This document shows positions 53,855 through 64,000 of a stretch of 64,000 nucleotides of DNA, piece after piece. How positions within the stretch are numbered: position 1 is the stretch's first letter; each line of letters begins with the position of its first letter. The notes below the pieces were generated by a model, which had not been told where the DNA came from, did no database searches, and worked only from the letters and a program-made list of their open reading frames with translations. Source of the DNA: Trichodelitschia bisporula (Eukaryota); NCBI GenBank assembly GCA_010356995.1, contig ML996701.1, positions 550,963-614,962 on the forward strand, written 5' to 3'. The position numbers were made by a program, and so were the translations under genes.

Positions 53855-56073
53855 GGTGATGGGTGTGGTGGGGTTGACGACCGCTCAGCCGGCGGCTACT
53901 CGCCAATTGAGGTGGGAGGGAGGGTTTGGGGGTGGTGGTGTATGGGTTGGGGTTGGTGATGGAGTTGGTTGTGGTCGTTTGGCAGTGGTGGTTGTGTGAC
54001 GGGAGCGCGGAGGGAGTGGCCGATCAGACCAGCAGAAAATGGGTGGGCCAATCAGGTTGTGCCCTGCCGAACCGACCCGAGAGCCGCACGGGCTTTTCTG
54101 AGCGACTTCGAAATTTGATCAAGCGCGCATTGATTCGTTGTTTACTTGGGTAACTACTATAGCTTCGTCATCCGCTTCAATTGATGCGCAGATACATATT
54201 CGCGTGTCTGTATCTCCCCGTGTTGCCATGCCTTCAGGAACCGGCTGGGAGCTCGTGCTGGTGAGCTGCTCGGCAAAACCTTGCACCAAACGTGCAACAC
54301 GCCCCATCCCCTCACAGTCCAAGGATTCGGGAAAAAAGTCGAGTGTTTTGCTTTGATCTCCATCGGTCTTTATTCCGTTCAAAACTCAGCATACCTTCCA
54401 TCCAGATTGTACCGCATTCCACGCCCTTAAAGAGCGCGATATCGTCGTCCTTAGCTTCCTTCTGAGTGGTTTTCGTAGGCGAACGGGGTGGCAAAAGCAA
54501 CCCAGGCTACAACAAACTCCAAGCTGATAAGGATCGGGCCGACCTTTTGAGCTCTCAGAAGCGGCGACAGCTCCATTCCTATTTCTAGAGCACGCGGTCG
54601 AGCGGTTCGGCGGTTCGCTACCGGGCTGGTCCAGGTAAGCCGTGACTTCGACCGCTCCAGAGCCAACTCTGGTATGCTAGACCAACAGCCAAAGGGCTAA
54701 AGGCCATATCCGGGGGCGATGACGTCCTAACCGCCCCAAGACGACGGGAGCTATCGAGATGGGCGTCGGTGGCATTCTGCTCGCTGATATCACATATGAA
54801 GACGCGAGCCCCACGTGAAGCTCCAGGATGCTCGATGCATTTCAAATCGGGGGCGCTGCAGTCGAATGATATGGGATCTTTATCAGCAAAAGCTTGTCGT
54901 GGCAACGTTTTGTCAGTGGCTGCGATCGACCGTTTGACTGTGATGTGATTACATCATAGCCGGATCTCATACGACCTCACTTCATGCGAAGCTGTATCCC
55001 CAGCATCTCGGTGAGAATCTCGTATTGTGCAGTGAAAGGCAATCGTCAATTGCACAGTCCGGGAGCCGGGTTTCAAGCACACCGCAAAAGAACTGCGTCC
55101 CAGATCGGATTTCTTGCATGTCCGGTCCACCAATGGCTCACATTCGCAGCTCGTGTCTCTCGCTCGAAATCTGTGTACTCCGTATATCGGAATGCGCCGC
55201 TCGCATCCCGCGTTGTGTCAGAGAACCCTTGGCTAGGCGATCGACCTGCACCGCCTCCATCGCTGGCTTATGGCATGAGATCACAGACACAGCAGAAACT
55301 GTCGAGGCAAACAGCGCGGCAGCAGAGCGGGAACAAAGCAGTGTGCATGGAGTTGTCATAACGTTCGAAAATACCGCAGTCAGCGAGCGGGTAGGGCGTG
55401 GAATTTCTAACTGCAAATGTACCTCCATCCCAGATTCCCCCAGAAAACAAACACCGGAAGAGGTCTCGGGTTGATTGCTGGGTTTGCTTCGTCGCTGCAC
55501 ACCACGGGCGCTCGAGGCTCCGGCGTTGTCGGGGACGGAGACTTTCGGATCAAAGGGATCGTGAGTAGGCCAATCCGCGCGCCAGTCCGAGGCTCGTCGG
55601 GCGGCCATAACCGCGTTCGTTAGAGGCTTGGTTGAGTGTCAATCAACAGTGTTTCCCGAACGCTGGTAGATCATAGCCATGGCAGTGTGCAGTATCGAGC
55701 CCGTCTAATCCGTACGGTATTGGCAGCGGCAAAAGAAATATGTCCTAGGGCGTGAACGTGATGGGCAAGGCATGTCAGTGCATTTGCGAAGTCGTACGTG
55801 GGTGGATGGGTGGAGTGGGTGGAGTGGGCGGGTGCGGGTGGAAGCTGCTAGGCCAGGCTGCCCCTCATATCTTCCACCCACCCCCCCCCCCACCACGGCT
55901 CTTCAACCCTTTTCCTTATCCTCCACCTCCACCCCACCTCTGTCCATTGACATTTTCACTTCAAGATCTCCCCATAGACTTCATATCCACCAGGTATTTG
56001 CATCCTCATTGCTGCCCTTGATCTTCTTGCTCTGTTTGCACAAGCTAACCTACCTACCCCGCATTCAGCAAAC

Positions 56074-57321
<1,248 letters not shown>

Positions 57322-58369
57322 CTAGCCGCCGGATCGGTGTCTGAGCCCAGCAGGTTGTAAGCGGGGGAATGGTACTCTCACTAGATTGGTGACCGCGATT
57401 TCTAGCGTCAGTTGATGGCAAAAATGGTACCTGCAAGGCAATAAAACATGATTCCAGGCCACGACGATGCTGTGATGTGCGCCCAACTGTGATTTAAGAT
57501 CGCTAAACGATTGTGAAGATTCGGGTGTGCACAGGCTGAATGAATCGCCGAGAAAGTGGTTTTATGTTTGGTTCATGTTGAGATAAAGTGTGCTATGAAG
57601 ACCATATGTCATGGAAACAAACCAAAGCACTGGCAGCCTGGCAGACTTTGGCAAAGAGGTGCGGTATAAGTACCGAGATGGATCCTGGAGACGTAGGAGA
57701 TGCAACTTCATGGGGCTTCAACAATTTACCGCGGCGCCTATAAAAGCACAGCCGCGAGGCCGATGAAGATCAGCAAGGCTGGAGTTGATGGAGCTCTTCC
57801 GAGCACCCGAGCTCCGCATCGTCCAATGGCAGTGCGCGAAATACGCCGAGACTGGCGGCTTAGTCAACGGGAGCCCTGGTCCCGAAGTGGCCACACAGAC
57901 CGCATCGTTCTCACGACCTCTTGTCCCTGTCCGTTCGACTGTTTTCCCGAGTACTCTGCGACGTGGGTAGCGAAGAAGGAGTTTGGAGGCTGATTCTACA
58001 GCTCTGCCTCCCTCACTAACTGCATCGCTCCTTTCCTAAACACGAACACGGCGACAAAGTCCGAGTCCTCGGAAGGTGAATGTGGCGCTGAGTGGCTGGT
58101 GCGCTTTTTCTGCCCCACGGCTGCAGCCGCGTGGTCGATCTCGCGGCGACAAACCATCTCACAGCAACAGCACACACTGCTCAACTTCACATCCGCTCAC
58201 CTCAACATCGGCACTCAGCACCGCGACACAGGCACTTATACTAGCTCTGCTTTCGTTTACTCGCTCCTAAGTGGAGTTCTGTGTCGTTTCCTATAACGGA
58301 TTCCCCCTTTCCCGATCCCTTGATTCGCTGTTGGCATTCTTGCCATAGCGACTTCCTTGGCTATATACC

Positions 58370-60980
58370 ATGGATTACGAATCGAGATCGAGTGAGACGG
58401 CCATGGACGACATCCACGCGGCCGGGCAGGTGGTTGATATCACCCCCCCTCAAACAGTCAATCCGGCTATTCTCGGCGTCAATGCGCCGGAGTACTTCGA
58501 GGAACAGCCCACCGACTACAACAGCCCGGCTGACAGCTTCGCCGAAGACACCGAGATGATGGACCACGACGATGGTTCATACGACAGCGTCTCCTACTCT
58601 CCCGCCGAGAGTGTCATCATCCCCCCCGCACCCCTGCGTGCCACTTCCGTCGTCGTGCATAGACCGGCGTCAAGCGCCCTCAGCTATGCCTCCAAGCGCA
58701 CCGGGCTGGTGTACGACGCGCGGATGAAGTACCACTGCGAGCCCATCTCCGGGGACGACGATCTGCACCCCGAGGACCCGCGCCGCATTTGGTTTATCTA
58801 CAAGGAACTCCAAAAGGCTGGCCTCACGGAGCATGAAGAGGATTCCGAGGCGGATCGCCAGTGGAAACTACTGAGGATCTGTGCGCGTCTCGCTGAGCCT
58901 AGCGAGGTTGCTCTTGCGCACAGCATTGACCACTATAAGTGGGTGCAGAGGATCGCGGAGATGACCGATGCGCAGAGGCGCAACCTCGTTAAGGACGCGG
59001 ATTCGGTGTACTTCCACCCCACTACGCCCTTCTGCGCGCGGCTGGCTGCTGGCGGGGCGATCGAGGCTACTCGCGCAGTCATGACTGGCGCCGTGAAGAA
59101 TGCTATTGCGGTGATTCGCCCGCCTGGCCATCACGCTGAACACGGCAGGGCTGCCGGGTTCTGCTTCTTCAATAATGTGGGCGTTGCGGCCAAGGTCACC
59201 CGGAAGGATTTCCCGGATACTTGCCGGAAGATCCTCATTCTCGACTGGGATGTTCATCACGGGAATGGCGTCCAGCAGATTTTCGAGAGCGACCCGAATG
59301 TGCTTTACATCTCGCTGCATGTGCACAAGGGGGGGTTTTTCTACCCGGCTGGAGACTACGGCGACGAGAGCCATGTTGGCCTCGGTGCGGGAGAGGGGAA
59401 GAATATCAACATTCCCTGGCCGAGGCACCACATGCACGACGGCGACTACATTCACGCCTTTCAGCAAATCGTGATGCCGGTCGCCTACGAATTCAACCCC
59501 GACCTCGTCCTCATTTCGGCCGGATTCGACGCTGCGGATGGAGATACCCTGGGCGCATGCTTCGTCTCCCCGAACGGTTACGCCCTCATGACCAGCATGT
59601 TGCTCACACTTGCCAATGGCAAGGTCGTTGCCTGTCTCGAGGGTGGATACAACCTCAACTCCATCGCCGTTTCCGCTCTCGCCGTCACCAAAATCCTCAT
59701 GGGCGAGAAGCCCGCCCCGGTGGCTGTGCCAGGGCCGTCAGTCGATGCGATCCAGACGGTGCAGAAGGTCATCAAGATTCATTCCAAGTACTGGAAATGC
59801 CTTTATCCGAAGAGCTCGTCTGTGGATCTAGAGAGCCTTGGAGGAGAGCGCTTGCACGACATCCTGCAAGTGCGCCAGAATAGGAGGTACGCGGAGCAGC
59901 ACATGATGTATCCGCTGCATCTGCCGCTGGGGGGCTCGGATTCGGGGGTGGATCCGGGGTCGTTTTCGGACCAGGTTACGTCGACGTAAGAAGAATCCCA
60001 TCATCCTTTCTCTAGTTGGACCATGAATCCTAATGTGAACGTGATTTAGCCCAGGCTGGCGTAAAGCTCAACCGCTGCTCATAATATTCCATGATCCACC
60101 GGATACTATTGGCGATCCTCACCCGCTGACGGGCGCGTTCGATCCACACAACATTGTGGTCGTGAGTCTCTGCTTGTGATCCTGCGGGTCTCCGCTGATT
60201 GTACAGACCCAACCTTCGGAACCCTACATCGAATGGGCCGTGCACAACAAGTTCTCAGTCATCGACGTCAACGTCCCGCGCTACCTCAAGACCATGGAGG
60301 ACGACTCCTCCACCGGCGAACTCTCAGAAGAAGACCGCACCAACGCCACCCGCGACGTCGCCTCCGCCATCTGGGAGAACTTCGTCAGGTACCATCCTCA
60401 CCCCTCCCGTAGCCCCACTAGTTCTAACCCTTCCAGCGTCTCCGAAGCCCCCGATATTTTCCTAATAGGTGTAGGGGGTGCCTACGCCGGGCTGATCTCC
60501 TTCCTCAACCTCGCCGGCGAAACCGTCCAACAGCGCGTAAGCCACATCTTCGCCTTCGCGGGGAAACACGCCCTCCTCCCCGTCGCACGACCCACGGACG
60601 ATGCTCTGTCCCTTTGGTACTTCAACCACAGCACAGTGTTTGCGGCGCGGGAGCATTGTATCTTCGATGGGCCGCGGAAGATACGCAAGAAATATGGAAG
60701 GATACTAAGAACGGATGCGAATAGCGTTATTGAGCAGTTGCTTTATCAGAAGGAACAGGTTTTGGCGAGGATGAGGGAGGGCGTGAAGGGGGAGGAGGGG
60801 ACGGGTGGAGAAATGAAGACTGATGAAAATCCGCCGCCTTCGGCTGGGATTCGGAAGCTGGAGATTTCTACGCCGCCCGAGCCGCGTCTAACGGCTGGGA
60901 CCGGGAGTTCGACACGTCTCGGGAGCCCGATTAAGTTGCCGCGGATGGGGATGTTTGGGGTTACCGGGTCGGGGCATTGA
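58370..60980 (+). CDS. HDA1: Class II histone deacetylase Hda1/Clr3 with C-terminal Arb2 domain; exons 58370-59985, 60050-60161, 60207-60388, 60437-60980
   Basis: HPEDPRRI, IRPPGHHA, GFCFFNNV, ILDWDVHHGNG, NVLYISLH, GKNINIPW, SAGFDAADGD, LEGGYN. The Arb2-like region 'LLIIFHDPP...VIDVNVP...IFLIGVG' follows splicing. Confidence 0.93.
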
Positions 60981-61829
60981 CGGTTGAGTGGAGGGGATCG
61001 GAGGGGATTGGATGGGGTTGGACGGAGATGTGCTCGGGTATATCTTGTCGGTATCAAGGGCATTCAGTTGTTGCGCGCGATATCGGCGTCGGCGATGTAA
61101 TCACCGTTATTCGGGCCGGGATTGTTTCGGCATGGTAATTGGGGCTTGTGCCGCCTGCGAAGTGCTTGTACGCAATGAATGGATAGGTTCGACAGGGTCT
61201 GTACCAGTGCTGGCTAGCTCAATCATCTGATACTATGCTTTTACCTTGTACTTTGCTTCAATCGTGCTATGCTTCTCCCTCATGCTTATCTTCCGCCCAC
61301 AAGCCTCGATAACGTCGCTTTGGCCCCGCGCAACGTAAGTCCCGCGCAACATAAGCCCTCCCCATCGACCCATCGCCCTCGCAGCTGTCTTCGCAAGTGA
61401 TCGGCATTCATAACCAAGTCTCGGCGCACTATACCCAGCAGCGCGCATTGGTCGGCTCGCGTGTCTTGGCGCCTATATTTGGCCCCCATTCGCGGTTTAT
61501 ATTGCGGTGGTCGTCACTCTTTCCTGGCTGCTGTTTTTTGCACGGTTGGCTTCTCGCGTGCCAGCCCTCTTTCGTGTACCAATGTACCTTGCAAGGATAG
61601 CATTGGGTTGAGAAGCGGGAGGGGATATGCTTTTGGGGGGGGGGGGGTAATATGGGGATATGAATGCTGAGTGTGGGTGCGGTAAGTGATGGGCAGGCTT
61701 ATTAGGGGAGAGGGAGGGGTGGCGAGGTTTGCGCAGGTCTTTGCGCGGAGGCTGTCGTTGCAAGCTTCACTTCTTCGCTACTTGCTTGTGTTTCTTGTTG
61801 TAGAATTTGACATCGCGAGCGCAAGCGCA

Positions 61830-63009
61830 ATGAGTGCGCCGCCCCCTCCACCACAAGCAACACCCGCGCCCACCCCACCACCAGCCAAAACCTCCCCTCC
61901 CTCCGCAGGTCCGCAATGCTTCGTTAAAACTAACGGCAAGACCGGGCCCTCGCCTTGGAGTCCCTGCGGCGCCGTGAATGGAACGAATCCGTTCGTCCTC
62001 CTTCCCATCCCCACTCTCTCCGCAAAACAAGGCTGATGATTTGACCACTAGCTACGTCCCCTGCTGCGCCAGCGGGGACTTCTGCGTGTCCAACGGGCTA
62101 TGTCGGTACACGTATAGCCAAGGTGGCGGGAGCGGCTACTATGCTGCGGGATGTACGGATGGGGCGTATGGGCCGGGGACGTGTCCGCAGCTTTGCAGTG
62201 CGCTCCCCCTTCCCGCTCTCCTCACATGAAACTAACGGGAGCAAGACAACCAAGGCCACAAAGACGTGATTTTCAAACCAGCACAGCGCATATGGGCTTG
62301 CTGTGGCAGCGACGCCTCAGGGCAGAATCCAAATTGCGATAAGCCGACGACGGAGAATTTTGATGCGCCCGAGCCGTCGAGGTTGAGGACGTATTGGCCA
62401 CTGGCTGCGGCGGGGAGTACGGCGCCGGCTGGGGGGGAGGGGGGGAGGGGGAGGGAGACGACGAGTAGTGCGAGTATGACGGCGGCTGTTCCTGTGAGCA
62501 GTGCGAGCAGCGCGACCACCACGGAAAGGATTAGGCTAAGGCCCACGGTTACAGCGGTGAGCAATTCGTCTGTGAGCGCCGGGCTGGCGGGCGGGATTGG
62601 GGCGGCGGCCGCGGTGGTTGCGTTACTTGCTGGCGGGCTGGCGTGGTTTCTGATAGCGAGGAGGAGGAGACGGCGGGAGGCGGGGTTGCTTGCGGGGGAG
62701 ACGAGTTATGCGCCGTTGGGGCCGGGGGGGATGGAGGGGCATATGGGCCCGCCTCCGGGGAGTGGGCATGGGGGAGGGGGGATGGGAGGGATGAATGGGA
62801 TGAACGGGGTGAGGGCGGTGGATGGAGGGGAGCTGGAGAATAAGGTGTGGCAGGCGGAGCCGGCGGAGCTTATGAATAAACGTTCGCATAGTCCGGCGGA
62901 GCTCCCGCTTACGCCGCATGAGTTGCCGAGTCCGGAGGGGGGGAATTTGAGGACGGCGCTTAGTGGGTCGACGTTGGGGGCTCAGGAGAGGGGGAAGGGG
63001 GTGCGATGA
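61830..63009 (+). CDS. Single-pass membrane protein with Cys-rich ectodomain, Ser/Thr stalk and cytosolic tail (cell-surface sensor-like); exons 61830 (or 61689)-61990, 62052-62197, 62246-63009
   Basis: Spliced QCFVKTNG...PCG...YVPCCASGDFCVSNGLC...YYAAGCTD...CPQLC...WACCGSD...NC, TM helix GLAGGIGAAAAVVALLAGGLAWFLI followed by RRRRR, tail with repeated (P)AEL/HEL. Start codon uncertain. Confidence 0.75.
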
Positions 63010-63433
63010 AGGGGGTGAGGGGATGAGGCATTGGGTGGTGTTTGGCGTGGGTTGGGTGGTTGGTCTTCGAGGGGCGTAGTTATCACGGCTGTTTGGGCTG
63101 TTAGCAGTGTTTATGGCTTCATGAGAGATGGCTTCGAGGTTTTATGTGTATTCTAATCGGTAGAGTTTCTGGAAGAGATGTTTGTACAGAAATCGAGTAT
63201 TGTCCCGAACAGCGTGGTGATGAGTTGTCGTTGGGTGTTTGATGTGGAGCTGTGGGGGTCGGCGCTTACAGCAGCCTAATTCCGCCCCCGGCGCTTACCG
63301 CGCTTCCCCAACCTTTGCTCAAGGCTCAGGCTCCATCACGACAGCTGCACCTCATATTCCATCTCCAACCCAACGCCCCAACAAACCCGCCACCGTACCC
63401 CAACCTACCCCATCCCCTCCATATTCCGCAGCC

Positions 63434-64000
63434 ATGCCGGCTACCACCGCCGAAACCCTCTCCCTCATCTCCACAAAGCACGTCTCCATCGCGCCGCTCG
63501 TGCTCCTCTCCGTCGCCGACCACTACGCCCGTGAGGGCGCCACATCCAAGAAGCGCGTCGTGGGCGTGATTCTAGGGCAGAACAACGGGACAGATGTGCG
63601 GGTGTCCAACAGTTTTGCGGGTGGGTTGTGCAGTCACTGCGGTGGGAGGCGATGCTGATTGCGGGGCAGTTCCCTTCGAGGAGGATGAGAAGGACCCGCT
63701 CGTGTGGTTCCTTGACCACAACTATGTCGAGTCGATGAATGATATGTTCAAGAAGGTGAACGCGCGCGAGAAGCTCGTCGGCTGGTATCATTCTGGGCCT
63801 AAGCTCCGCGCGTCGGATCTTGAGATCAACGAGCTGTTCAAGAGGTACACGCCGGACCCGCTGTTGGTCATCGTCGATGCGCAGCCTAAGGAGGTGGGCG
63901 TGCCGACGGACGCTTACTTTGCGGTGGAGGAGATCAAAGACGTAATACCACTCGTTGTGCTTGGGCGACAAGTTGCTGACAATCGCAGGACGGAACCGCC
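63434..64000 (+). CDS. RPN8: 26S proteasome lid subunit Rpn8 (MPN), 5' part; exons 63434-63620, 63670-63941, 63989 to beyond the window
   Basis: [102 protein letters not shown]. Confidence 0.97.

Noticed and set aside
54100..55700. Short ORFs between COX5 and gpd; a recognisable gpd box
   Set aside because: No motif support; consistent with a long divergent promoter. I could not match a gpd box confidently.

Overview
Eukaryotic DNA from a filamentous ascomycete (Pezizomycotina, probably a Dothideomycete; inferred from short 41-50 nt GT-AG introns with CTRAC branch points and from the gene families present). Intron-containing conserved genes, in order: the 3' end of cohesin SMC3, a HeLo (prion-inhibition/propagation) domain gene, DNA polymerase eta, a PRISE/SirQ-type short-chain reductase, a secreted CE4 polysaccharide deacetylase, an MFS transporter, a single-TM Ser/Thr-rich protein, a Pho80/PREG cyclin, an 860-aa protein of unknown function, ARMC8/Vid28, tRNA-Gln(CTG), an Inp54-like inositol 5-phosphatase, the AzgA purine permease, a hypothetical protein, a DUF1640/MCUR1-like protein, COX5, GAPDH, the HDA1/Clr3 deacetylase, a Cys-rich single-TM protein and the 5' end of RPN8. 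Three gene-poor accessory tracts (about 4.7-15.3 kb, 17.1-19.2 kb and 37.9-43 kb) hold decayed copia, gypsy and Helitron fragments, some with TGG->TAG (RIP-like) lesions, plus several structures the annotation does not explain. These are a set of three self-inverted ~94-bp cassettes forming a foldback element (8.1-8.75 kb), a local three-copy family of small MGC- (lipidation-motif) ORFs that each carry a hairpin, a 1-kb stack of five different satellites, and a 49-aa Cys/His microprotein behind a 5'-UTR intron. Genes also show a striking block-wise alternation of C-rich and G-rich sense-strand sequence. There are two N gaps (15591-15710, 35631-35683). No database searches were run; all homology calls come from motif recognition by eye.
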